Assembly (NCBI GenBank): GCA_950097015.1
Contig: CATNEN010000005.1
Coordinates: 5,704,001 to 5,768,000 of the forward strand
DNA: 64,000 nucleotides
Direction of reading: 5' to 3'
DNA from: Macrostomum hystrix
Taxonomy: Eukaryota > Animalia > Platyhelminthes
The position numbers and the translations under genes are program-made. Each line of letters starts with the position of its first letter. The first letter of the stretch is position 1. The notes beneath the pieces are model-generated. The model made no database searches. It was given only the letters and a program-made list of their open reading frames with translations, and was not told where the DNA came from. Positions 1 to 12,391 of this stretch are shown here, piece after piece.

Positions 1-2
1 AC

Positions 3-2117
3 GCCTTCGAAACGAACTTCACTAAAGGCCTAAGGTACAGAGTAATGTTCCGACTGACGTATCACAACTCCACGAGAATCATCATTCCAGAGTGCACTGT
101 GAACAACTTGACCCTATCAGCTGGGGGCCGAGCTACCGTGTCCTGTCATTACCAGAAGATTCTAATCCCGCATTCTAATATTTACGGCGGCACATTGGAC
201 TGCGTGCTGCAGGCAAAATGCAACGCGGACACGTCCGACTACGTCTCCCAGGAGCTCACTTCTTTGCCTCATCGATTTGAATTCCTGTACAACTTCTTGG
301 ATCCGACAACGCAAGCGGACACGTCCGTACTCATTCCATCGGGCCCAATTAAACTTTGCATCAACATCACAAAGGTACCGATCATCGGCTTAGTCACATT
401 GCGGATAACCGCACGTCGAGAAGCTCTAGTTGCTAATGATAAACTTTCTCTGAAGATAGCACCACCATTAACCAACGAAACTGCAGTCGACAACGACTTT
501 TGCGCAATAAAATTCCAGGGGATGAACGTTCACTACGGAAATGTTTGCTCGCTGATCACGTTGATCAATGACGACGAAGAGGGCTTGATTGTGAGAGGTC
601 TTGACCCCAGTCAGATGGTTCCAATCGTTGAAGTCAACCTGAGCTACCGCTCCGATGACAGAAGTGGCGTGTATACGGCAAATGAGTGGGTCAAAACTCA
701 ATCCAGACAGTTGACTGTTGATATTTCAAGCTTGTATGGCACCGACAGAAAAGACTACTTTCACGTTTATAGTGATCCGATATGCAAACCAGCACTTTCC
801 GATCAAATGTATGTAGCAATTTTCTTTCACGAGGGATGCAGAGTTCTATCCTTGATGCGTCATAAAGTTCTGCCTTATGAAGTACAGGCCAAAGAGTGCA
901 ACACACCTTCAGTGAATTTCCATTCGGTTATCACTCAAGTAGCGATCAGTTATGAGTATCACCTGATCCAAATATACAGCATTGACAGAAAATTCCACGT
1001 CATCGCAAGGCAACTGGAGAGGAGTGCGCTGCCGTACAAAGCCGGCTATATTCCATCAGGGGTTACTGTTGAGGAAGCATCGAATGGAGTACGGGTCAAG
1101 CTCGATCTATACGGCACCCTCATTTATATCTGGGGGTTTATTACAAATACTGAAAACAAAGCTCATTGTATTCATAACTTTATTCAAAGCAGGAAGTCAA
1201 TGATAGAAAACAAGTGTTTTTTTAACTTCAGTGTATCAATGAACGGCTACGACTCCTTGGATGTAATGATCATTCCTGGCCTTTACGACACCCGAAGCAG
1301 GGTCGACGGGCTGATGTACAGGTTTAATTTTACGGACTGGAAACCAGAAGACACTGTAACGATGGACAGCTCCAGAGACATGTTCTCATATAAGTTTGAG
1401 CCAGGCAGAGTCACTGAAAGCGTGCTAAAACCCACGAGTACTTTAAACTTTTGTCAGTGCTATGATGGTGAGCCACCTGAATCACTTGACACAACTAAAC
1501 GGTGCGTCATCAGGAGATCAGAACATTCACGGACGAAGCGCTTTGCCGAAGAGTCAACTCTGAGCAGACAGGTACGATCTGTTGCATCATTTAGTGGATT
1601 ACAAAACATAACCGCGGATGTAGCTGCACAGGAGTGCGACAAATACATTCAGTCCCAAGCGACCTCAAAGGCTAGGGTTGTGTCTGTGTGCTCCGTCGCA
1701 ACAGGAATCCACGGTGGCTTGGACTTTATGACCAAGTTTAAAACTGTTTGCGTCCAGTATGCCACGCAACTGAATTCAATGAACTATACGGAGTCGATTT
1801 TTAACTCGATTGCTGACCAGTGTATCACAAATCTCAAGTTCAATGTATCATACGTTAGGAGTAGCGGCAGTACTCTTCAGCAGATGGATGCGGAAATCTG
1901 CCCAAACAGCTGCTCTGGAAAGGGTGCCTGCATATCCGGAGCCTGCTGGTGCTACCAATACTACTCAGGGTCGGGATGCGAGGTGGCGCCAGTCTTGGTT
2001 GTTCCTGGGTCAACTGATTCAATTTACAAGCGCAGCGGCTGTGACCAGCTGTTTTTGCTAATCTGTTCGATTCTGTGTGCTCTTTCACTCGTGTTCTTAA
2101 CTGAACTGACGAATTAA
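3..2117 (+). CDS. VWDE-like (von Willebrand D + EGF) cell-surface protein, 5'-truncated by window edge, intronless over >2.1 kb
   Basis: Frame is open from base 3 (AFETNFTKGLRYRVM...). VWD-like segment: VYSDPI...RHKVLPYEVQAK...DVMIIPGLYD..RVDGLMY. Furin-type RTKR at 1530-1541; Cys-rich C8-like helical region; tenascin-type EGF CPNSCSGKGACISGACWCYQYYSGSGCE; hydrophobic C-terminus (TM or GPI signal). Family assigned by motif recognition only. Confidence 0.7.
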   Translation, partial: AFETNFTKGLRYRVMFRLTYHNSTRIIIPECTVNNLTLSAGGRATVSCHYQKILIPHSNIYGGTLDCVLQAKCNADTSDYVSQELTSLPHRFEFLYNFLDPTTQADTSVLIPSGPIKLCINITKVPIIGLVTLRITARREALVANDKLSLKIAPPLTNETAVDNDFCAIKFQGMNVHYGNVCSLITLINDDEEGLIVRGLDPSQMVPIVEVNLSYRSDDRSGVYTANEWVKTQSRQLTVDISSLYGTDRKDYFHVYSDPICKPALSDQMYVAIFFHEGCRVLSLMRHKVLPYEVQAKECNTPSVNFHSVITQVAISYEYHLIQIYSIDRKFHVIARQLERSALPYKAGYIPSGVTVEEASNGVRVKLDLYGTLIYIWGFITNTENKAHCIHNFIQSRKSMIENKCFFNFSVSMNGYDSLDVMIIPGLYDTRSRVDGLMYRFNFTDWKPEDTVTMDSSRDMFSYKFEPGRVTESVLKPTSTLNFCQCYDGEPPESLDTTKRCVIRRSEHSRTKRFAEESTLSRQVRSVASFSGLQNITADVAAQECDKYIQSQATSKARVVSVCSVATGIHGGLDFMTKFKTVCVQYATQLNSMNYTESIFNSIADQCITNLKFNVSYVRSSGSTLQQMDAEICPNSCSGKGACISGACWCYQYYSGSGCEVAPVLVVPGSTDSIYKRSGCDQLFLLICSILCALSLVFLTELTN

Positions 2118-5100
2118 GAACTGACGATTCTTTTTTTTAATTTTACATAAGAATTTTTCAAAGAAGGTACGGCTTAGTTAAAATTATGACAGCACATTAT
2201 TTAATAGACGCATAATTCAGTATATGCACTAATAGCAGAGTCAATATCCAGAATCGAGGTGTCTTGCTAAAAAGCTTCTTAGACGATTTAAAATTGCCAT
2301 TTTGTTAGTTTAAGTGTGACATCATATTTAAATGTTTAGAATTGACAAAAACAAGATAAACAAAAAACCAGCTAATATAATATATATTTTTCTTATTTAC
2401 TATTTCTATTTTATGATGTTTTTTCATTTTTTCATGTCTTCTATTATATATAAAATATTGATCCAATTAGGTACGTTATTGGTTATAATTGCGTGATTCG
2501 AATAGTTTACTCCTGGCGTCGTTCACTCGAGCTCTGCATGTATCGAAGTGTAGAGATTTCTGTTATAAGTTTTTTTTTGTTGAATTTTATTGAATAATTT
2601 TTTCATTTCGAGCGTACAATGTATAAGTAGAGAGAAGGGCATATATGTTTCGTATGTTATTTGAAACTGTGCGCCTTTTGTTTAAACATTTTACATTACT
2701 TATTAAAATTTCTTGTAGCCCTTGTTCAGTTTTGTATAAAATGTTAAATTTGTTTATCCTTTGGTTAAATACACCCATTTAGCTATATATTCGGACTTTT
2801 CAAATAAAAAAATAAACGGCTATCAATAAAATGTTATCTCCGGAATGAGAGGAATTAATCATTTAACCGTTAAAACAGTACAATGTGCAAGTTTCTAGAT
2901 GGTCAAACTTAAAAGACTGTAACCACATTCAAAAGTCGTCCAGATGACGGAGTTGCTTTGATCATTATGTGAATTGGGAAGGTACCTTTAGCTATACTTC
3001 TGTTTTCTGAGTGTTTTAGCACGAGCTAGCCATATATGGAGGAACACAGGAAATTTAACATAAATTTCCGCTTTCGCCATGTCCTGCAAGTATTCCCCTA
3101 TGTTGAAACTTCTAGGTAGATATTAAAGTGGCAGCGAAAGCCGGTAGGCACGTCGTTCACACTATTTTTGGCAAAATGGTTCCAGCTTTTTGTTATGCAT
3201 AATTAAATATTAATGATTGCAATTACGAATAAGTAAACGCCATGTACAAACTTACGCAAAAGAGTGATTTCGCGCAACTATTTTTTAGTTCTTGTGAGGC
3301 TTTTATATTTTTTATACAAATGATGCATAAATAACATATAATTATATATTTCACACATAAATGTACTCCGTCAGAATCCAAAACAACAAATATTTTGGGC
3401 TTAATGATAGTCATTTGCTGGCATGAATGGTTGTCAGATTTTTTGAAGTAAAGGCTTTCCATTGAATATCTATAAGCATATGCTACATGCGAAATCCAAG
3501 GACTGCTATGAGTAGACTACTCCTGGCGGGCCTTGGCAGTAGCGTCTGACGTCTTGGCGCACTGTTTAGCAAAGACTTGACCGTAATTACCAGACTTCGA
3601 AAGAATAAAGCAAGCTAAAAGCTCAATTAAACAGATGGTAAATAAACTTTTCAGAATCGGAACCCTTTAGCAGGTCTTGCTTAACCTAAAATAATAATAA
3701 ATAACTTGAAGTACTTGCTATACTGCTTTATGCTTTTAAAAACTGAGTTATATTGCGTTTCTACGAAACTAGAACTCGAAATAAATTAGAATAAAGCCGA
3801 TGCAAATGTTTAGTATTGTTACTAACTATTAACTATTTAAATGTTTCAATACTTTAACACTAAAGTCACAAGTGTCGTGGGACCTATTCTTCCTAAAAGC
3901 CGGCTTCTCTTACCTTACTAAAGTACTAAATTAAATTGCCTTACTACCTTACTACCCTTAATGTTTTGATAATGACATTTTGTATGCTTTTGTCTAATTA
4001 CAGGTTTTATTCTCTCTGGTCACTGTTCATGCTCTATCTTCACTGTAATATCTAATTATTGCAAGTTTTATTCACCCCTGTGGGTTTATATTCCATAAAC
4101 AACAAATTAGGCCTAGCTTTTTATCTTATTTATTGTCATCTGTCATATTGTCATGTCACATGACTCATGTGTAGATTTTAGCAAGCTTACATTTTAAACA
4201 AGTATTGAAAATGAAGAGTTTTTACACATGAAATAGCCACAGTAATCAAACATTTTATACATAATAGTGTATTATTTACTTTTCTGATTATTTAGCTAAT
4301 TATGAATAGTGTTGTGTGTGATATGTTAAAAAGTATCACTTTAAAGTGATATTCTGATACCAATACTCATAGGCCTAATGTATCAGTGAGTTTTGTTGGT
4401 CTCATACCACAATGGAGGTATCACCCAATACTTTAATCCAATACTTAGTCCTATACAGTTTTCTTGATTTCTGTAGGCCTATCTGCCAAGGCTAAAATTT
4501 AAGAAAAGTTTTTAGTAAGTTCATTCTTAGACTCTAAAGGACTTAAGTACAACTTGGCTGACCAGAGAATAGGAATAAATATCCAAAATTGTTATAAATT
4601 GTAATTTCATTTTTATAAGTATTCACTATAAGTATTTGTATTTACAGTACAAATTTAAGTTGCCAGTACAAAAACTCATTATTAAAATTAAAGCAACTAT
4701 GTTTTAGTACAAGCTAAAATAAAAATTAAATTATAAAATAACTTGATATAGTAGTTTTAGTTGTAGTTTCTAACTAGTTTGTAAAAGTTGTGGACTTGTC
4801 ATCAGTTGTCGCTCATCATTATTGATAGGCCTAGTGGGTGTTCTGAATCAGAACAATAACTTAATGTAATGTTTAATTAATTAAAATTGAAATAAATGAG
4901 GTAGTTTATCGTTTTAGAATTTTATTATTATTGTTTTAAATTTTCCCATGTAAATAAATTTTGTCAATAAATTGTATTATAAAAATGTATTTTATTAGTA
5001 TAGTAAATGCTTTTATTCTTTTGTAATAAGTAGTCTTCTCGTTTAAAAAAGAAATTAATTGCAACATTTGTTTTAATTTTCTCTGCCACCCCCAACTTTT

Positions 5101-5297
5101 TGGTATATATAGCAGCAATTTTACGTCCTCGAAATATAACTTCTTCCTTCACCGTTGACTATAAAATTTATTCCAAAAGTAAAAGAAGCCATTATAACTT
5201 CGTGTTAATTATTTTAGGTTCTAGAACTGTATTAGTTCTGGTAAACGAGAAAGCATACGGTGATCATAGTGTTGAACTGTACTAGTTCTATACTATT

Positions 5298-5620
5298 ATA
5301 GGTTAAATCAATGTATTGTTGATCTGAATAAAGACGTATTGTCTTTATTATTTAGGTTAAATCAACGTATTGTTGATCTGAATAAAGACGTATTGTCTTT
5401 ATTATTTAGGTTAAATCAACGTATTGTTGATCTAAATAAAGACGTATTGTCTTTATTATTTAGGTTGAATCAAGGTATTGTTGATCTAAATAAAGACGTA
5501 TTGTCTTTATTATTTAGGTTAAATCAACGTATTGTTGATCTAAATAAGACGTATTGTCTTCATTAGTTAGGGTATAACAACTTACTGTTGATAAAATTAA
5601 GGCGTATTGCCTTACTGTTT
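5298..5620. repeat. 54-bp minisatellite (~5-6 units) made of two hairpins with identical GTATT loops
   Basis: Unit TAGGTTAA-ATCAAC-GTATT-GTTGAT-CTG-AATAAAGAC-GTATT-GTCTTTATT-ATT; explains the 18-aa periodic ORF 5339-5566. Confidence 0.9.
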
Positions 5621-5717
5621 AGGGTGTACTAGCAAGTTTTGCCCCCCTTCGGGGAGCAGAAATATTTTTAATTCATCTTGTATATACTTTTTAGCTGCTG
5701 TATTTTCAGCTTTTTTA

Positions 5718-6570
5718 AGCTACAATGATCACCCAGTTGACAATGATCCCCCAGTTGACAATGATCCCCCAGTTGACAATGATTCCCCAGTTGACAATGA
5801 TTCCCCAGTTGACAATGATCCCCCACTTGATGATGATCCCCCACTTGATAATGATCACCCAGCTGACAATGATCCCCCAGTTGACAATGATCCCCCAGTT
5901 CACAATGATCCCCCAGATGATAATGAACCCCCAGTTGACAATGATCCGCCAGTTGATAATGATTACCCAGTTGACAATGATCCCCCAGTTGACAATGATC
6001 CCCCAGTTGACAATGATCCCCCAGTTGACAATGATCCCCCAGTTGACAATGATCCCCCAGTTGACAATGATCCCCCAGTTGACAATGATCCCCCAGTTGA
6101 CAATGATCCCCCAGTTGACAATGATCCCCCAGTTGACAATGATCCCCCAGTTGACAATGATCCCCCAGTTGACAATAATCCCGCAGTTGACAATGATCCC
6201 CCAGTTGACAAAGATCCTCCAGTTAACAATGATCCCCCAGTTGATGATGACTCCCCATTGATGATGATCCCCAGTTAACAATGTTCCTCCAGTTTACAAT
6301 GTTCCCCCAGTTGACAATGATCCCCCAGTTGATGATTATCACCCAGTTGACAATGAACCCCCAGTTGACAACGATCCACCAGTTGACAATGATCCCCCAG
6401 TTGACAATGATCCCCCAGTTGACAATGATCCCACAGTTGACAATGATCCCCCAGTTGACAAAGATCCCCCAGTTGATGATGATCCCCCAGTTGATGATGA
6501 TCACCCACTTGACAATGATCCCCAAGTTCACCATGATCCCCAATTTGATGATGACTCCCCAGTTGACGTT
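5718..6570. repeat. 18-bp minisatellite (CCCCAGTTGACAATGATC)n, ~47 units
   Basis: Direct reading; produces the 6-aa periodic ORFs (PPVDND, MIPQLT, NWGIIV). Confidence 0.95.
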
Positions 6571-6589
6571 GATTTTTCAAATGCTGGTT

Positions 6590-9357
6590 AAGTCAAGATT
6601 CAAACTCAGATTTCGCCATGTTTTAAACCCTGGTGGGCTATGATTCAAACTCTCGTTTTGCCATGATTCAGACTCTGGTTGACTATGATTCAAACTCTGG
6701 TTTTGCCATGATTCAAGCTCTGGTTTAGCCATGATTCAAACGCTGGTTTAGCCATGATTCAAACTCTGGTTTAGCCATGGTTCAAACTCTAGTTTAGCCA
6801 TGGTTCAAACTCTTGTTTAGCCATGATTCAAACTCTGGTTTAGCCATGATTCAAACTCTGGTTTAGCCATGATTCAGACGCTTGTTTAGCTATGATTCAA
6901 ACTCTGGTGTAGCCATGATTTAGTCTCTGGTTTAGCCATGATTCAAACCCTGGTGTAGCCATGATTTAGTCTCTGGTTTAGCCATGATTCAAACTCTGGT
7001 TTAGCCATGATTGAAACTCTGGTTTAGCCATGATTGAAACTCTGGTTTAGCCATGATTCAAACCCTGGTGTAGCCATGATTTAGTCTCTGGTTTAGCCAT
7101 GATTCAAACCCTGGTGTAGCCATGATTTAGTCTCTGGTTTAGCCATGATTCAGACGCTTGTTTAGCCATGATTCAAACTCTGGTTTAGCCATGATTCAGA
7201 CGCTTGTTTAGCCATGATTAAAACTCTGGTTTAGCCATGATTCAAACCCTGGTGTAGCCATGATTTAGTCTCTGGTTTAGCCATGATTCAGACGCTTGTT
7301 TAGCCATGATTCAAACTCTGGTTTAGCCATGATTGAAACTCTGGTTTTGCCATGATTCAAACTCTGGTTTAGCCATGATTCAGACGCTTGTTTAGCCATG
7401 ATTCAAACTCTTGTTTAGCCATGATTAAAACTCTGGTTTTGCCATGATTCAAACTCTGGTTTAGCCATGATTTAAACTCTGGTTTAGCCATGTTTCAGAC
7501 GCTTGTTTAGCTATGATTCAAACTCTGGTGTAGCCATGATGTAGTCTCTGGATTAGCCATGATTCAAACCCTGGTGTAGCCATGATTTAGTCTCTGGTTT
7601 AGCCATGATTCAGACTCTGGTGTAGCCATGATTCAGACTCTGGTTTAGCCATGATTCAGACTCTGGTTTAGCCATGATTCAGACTCTGGTTCAGCCATGA
7701 TTCAGACTCTGGTTTAGCCATGATTCAAACTCTGGTTTAGCCATGATTCAGACACTTGTTTAGCCATAATTCAAACTCTGGTTTAGCCATGATTGAAACT
7801 CTGGTTTAGCCATGATAGAAACTCTGGTTTTGCCATGATTCAGACTCTGGTTTAGCTATGATTCAAACTCTGGTTTAGCTTTGAGCCATGATTCAGACTC
7901 TGGTGTAGCTATGAATCAGACTCTGGTTTAGCCATGATTCAAACTCTGGTTTAGCTATGATTCAAACTCTGGTTTTGCCATGATTCAGACGCTTTTTTAG
8001 CTATGATTTAATCTCTGGTTTAGCCATGATTCAGACTCTGGTGTAGCCATGATTCAGAGTCTGGTTTAGCTATGAGCCATGATTTAGACTCTGGTGTAGC
8101 AATGATTCAGACTCTGGTTTAGCCATGATTGAGACTCTGGTTTAGCCATGTTTCAGACGCTTGTTTAGCTATGATTCAAACTCTGGTGTAGCCATGATTT
8201 AGTCTCTGGATTAGCCATGATTCAAACCCTGGTGTAGCCATGATTTAGTCTCTGGTTTAGCCATGATTCAGACTCTGGTGTAGCCATGATTCAGACTCTG
8301 GTTTAGCCATGATTCAGACTCTGGTTTAGCCATGATTCAGACTCTGGTTCAGCCATGATTCAGACTCTGGTTTAGCCATGATTCAAACTCTGGTTTAGCC
8401 ATGATTCAGACACTTGTTTAGCCATAATTCAAACTCTGGTTTAGCCATGATTGAAACTCTGGTTTAGCCATGATAGAAACTCTGGTTTAGCCATGATTCA
8501 GACTCTGGTTTAGCCATGATCCAGACTCTGGTTTAGCCATGATTCAGACGCTGGTTTAGCCATGATTCAAACTCTGGTTTAGCTATGATTCAAACTCTGG
8601 TTTTGCCATGATTCAGACGCTTGTTTAGCTATGATTCAAACTCTGGTTTAGCTTTGAGCCATGATTCAGACTCTGGTGTAGCTATGAATCAGACTCTGGT
8701 TTAGCCATGATTCAAACTCTGGTTTAGCCATGATTCAGACTCTGGTGTAGCCATGATTCAGACTCTGGTTTAGCTATGAGCCATGATTCAGACTCTGGTG
8801 TAGCAATGATTCAGACTCTGGTTTAGCCATGATTCAGACTCTGGTTTAGCTATGATTCAAACTCTGGTTTAGCCATGATTCAGACTCTGGTTTAGCTATG
8901 ATTCAAACTCTGGTTTTGCCATGATTCAGACTCTGGTTTAGCCATGATTCAGACTCTGGTTTAGCCATGATTCAGACTCTGGTTTAGCCATGATTCAGAC
9001 TCTGGTTTAGCCATGATTCAGACTCTGGTTTAGCTATGATTCAAACTCTGGTTTTGCCATGATTCAGACTCTGGTTTAGCCATGATTCAGACGCTGGTTT
9101 AGCCATGATTCAGACTCTGGTTTAGCCATGATTCAGACTCTGGTTTAGCCATGATTCAGACTCTGGTTTAGCCATGATCCAGACTCTGGTTTAGCCATGA
9201 TTCAGACTCTGGTTTAGCCATGATTCAGACTCTGGTTTAGCCATGATTCAGACTCTGGTTTAGCCATGATTCAGACTCTGGTTTAGCCATGATTCAGACT
9301 CTGGTTTAGCCATGATTCAGACTCTGGTTTAGCCATGATTCAAACTCTGTTTTAGCC
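6590..9357. repeat. 23-bp minisatellite (GCCATGATTCAGACTCTGGTTTA)n, ~120 units
   Basis: Period 23 read directly (8941 to 8964); degenerate at the left end, homogeneous at the right end. Confidence 0.95.
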
Positions 9358-9429
9358 GATGTGCTATGATATATGATATTTTATTTACGAAATGAAAAAA
9401 ATAAATTAAAATAGTCTTCAATCACTACT

Positions 9430-9972
9430 GGCTGAAAATTAGTCTAAATGATTTGACGCAGTGCAGAATCGAACCCTAGCCTAGCCTAACCTTATTCCTA
9501 GTGCCTACACATCCGCTATTCCGACTGTTGGTTAGTGGGTGCAAAAATCAGCCTTATAAAATGAATTCTCAAAGTTCTGGCTTTGTACAATGAAGTGAGA
9601 AAATAGAGTACACTCAGTCTCGCGGTTGGTTGTGTACATTTATTTCCAATTTGTCTCCAGAGTGCAGGCTTCAAATTCAATCAGCTAGGGTTTGTTGCGC
9701 AATTTGACGATGCAATTCAAATTCAGTGGCAGTGAGTAAAATTCTCAATAGGCCAAGATGGTTTGACCTTTGAAAAATCATGTTTTTCGAATATTTAATT
9801 GCCTTAGCAATAAAGTAAGGCCTAATAAAAATACGTGTATAATTGTCCCCATATTTAGCATCTTTTGGTAAAGAAATGGTGAAAATCGGTTGAGCTGTTC
9901 GGGAGAAAATCAATTACAACCCACCAACCAACCAACCAAGCAAGCAAGCATTTCATTTTTAGTATAGTGGAT
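9430..9972 (+). mobile_element. Possible non-autonomous Helitron/Helentron-associated (DINE/HINE-like) element remnant
   Basis: 3' end AAATCGGTTGAGCTGTTCGGGAG...(ACCA)n(AGCA)n...TTTCATTTTTAGTATAGTGGAT resembles the microsatellite + TATAGAT ending of such elements. The terminal motif CTTCATTTTTAGTATAGTAG recurs at ~52970-52990. The 5' boundary is a guess. Confidence 0.35.
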
Positions 9973-12115
9973 GGAAGGATTATCCTGGACAAATAAGTAT
10001 AATAAGATCATACGTAGTGTTTGATCAGTCCTGATTGTGACTACCAGGCAACTTCAATCCACCGCGTAAAGCCCTGGAAGACTGGAAATAGAATTTTAGG
10101 GAGTGCCTTACCGCTCGGGCACATTCAGCTACCATAGTAACACGTCATTCACGTGATGCTAATAGACAAATATTAGAAACTAGGATAAATAAATACCGGA
10201 CACCCAAGACGGCTGCTACATAAAGATAAAGCTAATCTATTATGTAATTAACATATTTTTGTATTTTTTACTCAAATCCTTTGCAGGTTTTTTAGACAAA
10301 AATTTTAAGATGTATTAGTACTAGATTATGTGTATTGGATTATTGGACTTAAACAAATGTATTGCATGATACCAGGGTCCAATACTGAGAAAAAATTATC
10401 AAGGTCTGATACTCTGATACTCAAATGGTATTGTCAATACTATTGGAGTATCAGAGTATTAGACCTATGTCCAACATTGATTATAAAGCAATTGTGAGCA
10501 AACTTGAATACTTAATAGTTAATACAGTATAAAACTTTTATATTTAAAAACTTTTAGATTTATACTTTTAGAAAAAGCTTAAAAAGTTTAGAAATTTAAA
10601 TGTTTTTACAGCTTAAAAATTTTCAGCTACAATCTAAATATTTTTGTTATGGGTCTATTACATAGCTAAGTAAGTTGTGCCTAATTGTTATGTCATGCAA
10701 CTAGTCACAATAAGCCTTGAACACAAGCTTAATTAGAGTCTCACTTCTATGATTTCACATTGAATGATTTTTTAAATAACTAGCTGACGAGGCTACTAAA
10801 AAACTTATTTTCACAAGCACAAACTTTCAAGTACTTATAGGTAGCAAATGTGGTTTGTTTATACGTGTTAGTTTACTAAATAACTATGCATACAGTGATT
10901 AAAGTAAAACTTTGATGCAGTAAACTTTTGCTTATATTTCTTCCTTTTTAGGGTTTTGCAAATTGAAAGGCTCTTTTATCTAATTTGTCTGTCTGTTTTG
11001 GGACGCACAATTACCATCTCCAGTGCCATTATTGGATTAAGCCATTATTGTTGTTGAGTATAGCTGCCACACTAGAACTATTTTGGCACTATTGCACTAT
11101 TATCTTATAATGTCCATTCTGCACTAAATTAGTTTTCCAGTTATATACATCAACATTGTTTGCCATCCTTCAAGTCCAAGCCTTGGCACACACTTACTTT
11201 ATTTATTTTTTAAAAGGAATCCCTGAAAATATTTTAGGATTGTATACAAAGATCAAAAGGACTTGTCAGTTAGTTAGGAGCTTACCACTTGGCCTTACCC
11301 ATTTCCTTAACCATAGTCTGACAAGGTGTTGCTGATTGGGCCCTGTTCCAAAGTTCCAAGCCCTACCCCTCCAAAAGGGACAGTTTTTATTGACTCAGCA
11401 AACTCGACCCACTCACCCCAAGACTGCTTTTAATCCATTTTAAAATCAAAACATGTTATATGTTGGAAACTGAAAATGTTTGAAACTAAACAAGAAAATG
11501 ACTGAGTACAGAGTACTGAGTACAGATATAGAGTGCAGCGCTTGCAATCAAGTGCCAGCATAATGCTTCCAAAAGCAAAGCCAAGTCAATGAGGCACAAA
11601 ATGTGGCAATGCTTGGCTCCAAGAAAAATTCAGCACTGGCCTTCTAATCTCTCAGATCAGTGGTGTCAAAAAGACAAAATTGAAGGCAGGGCCTTTTGCA
11701 GGGCTGATGATAAATTAAGTTTATGCTGGGCTAAATCTTTGCTGCTGCACTAATACGAGTATAATAATACGTATTATTATACTTTCCCATGGTAACTATG
11801 TTGTTGAGTTTCTTATTCTAAAGGCGTTTATTTCCTGTCATGCGATTCCTCATTTCCATGACAGGTGGCTAAGCCGCTACACTTTAGCTGCTGTTACCTG
11901 GCCTGTCAGATTTTAATGCCCGGTACCTTCGGGATACTGCAGCAGCGTCAAAGGCAGGGTTATTATCTCACAAAGCTATTACATTGCTTTATGCGTGATA
12001 TAGATTGGCGAACGCTTAACATATTGAGTGCAAAGCTGAGCCTAGAGCTTGGAACTGATGGCTCGCGAATGCCTTGCCATTCAGTGAATCATAATTAGTC
12101 AGCACTGAATTTCAG

Positions 12116-12391
12116 GCGCAAGGCAAAATCAAGGTCAAAGCTAAACTGCCCGCCCAAGAGGCTCGGCGGCGTCAAACTCCAACTGGTAAGAAGACTAGCG
12201 AACGCGAAAGCATGCGCAAAGGTCGCATCGAGAAGGCGCCAAAGCGCGCCGGTGCTATAGCTTCGCAGTCTCATTCGCGCAATGTTCAGCGAGCTTTTGA
12301 TCGCATGATGACAAAGAAGGTCGAAGAGGACTGCCGCGCCAAGGCTAAGAGCCAGACTGGATACGAATCGAAACTTGATAAGAACCAATGA
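12116..12391 (+). CDS. C19orf53: UPF0390 / Leydig cell tumor 10 kDa (L10K) family small basic protein; exon lacks only the initiator ATG
   Basis: After TTTCAG| the frame reads 91 codons: AQGKIKVKAKLPAQEARRRQTPTGKKTSERESMRKGRIEKAPKRAGAIASQSHSRNVQRAFDRMMTKKVEEDCRAKAKSQTGYESKLDKNQ*. This matches the family pattern MAQG-K/R..P...RKG....APKK...KKIEHD...KA. Candidate cis ATG|GTAACT at 11789-11791; AATAAA at 12472-12477. Confidence 0.8.
   Translation, partial: AQGKIKVKAKLPAQEARRRQTPTGKKTSERESMRKGRIEKAPKRAGAIASQSHSRNVQRAFDRMMTKKVEEDCRAKAKSQTGYESKLDKNQ

Noticed and set aside
5607-6643. ORFs such as (PPVDND)n and (MIPQLT)n as a low-complexity protein
   Set aside because: They arise from an 18-bp unit that is stop-free in several frames on both strands. 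They start at non-ATG codons, frameshift near 6270 and lack splice support.
6590-9357. CRISPR-like array
   Set aside because: Units are contiguous with no unique spacers, there are no cas genes, and the context is eukaryotic. The same is true of all other arrays in the window.
4330-10470. GATAC/GTATC-rich segments at 4330-4460 and 10330-10470 as inverted arms of one fold-back element enclosing the satellite block
   Set aside because: Only short motifs match (CATAGG.CTAAT, AATCCAATAC) and similarity does not extend into the flanks. More likely two independent relics of a small element.
11792-12110. snoRNA in the putative L10K intron
   Set aside because: There is a small hairpin near 12056-12085, but no properly spaced C/D or H/ACA boxes.
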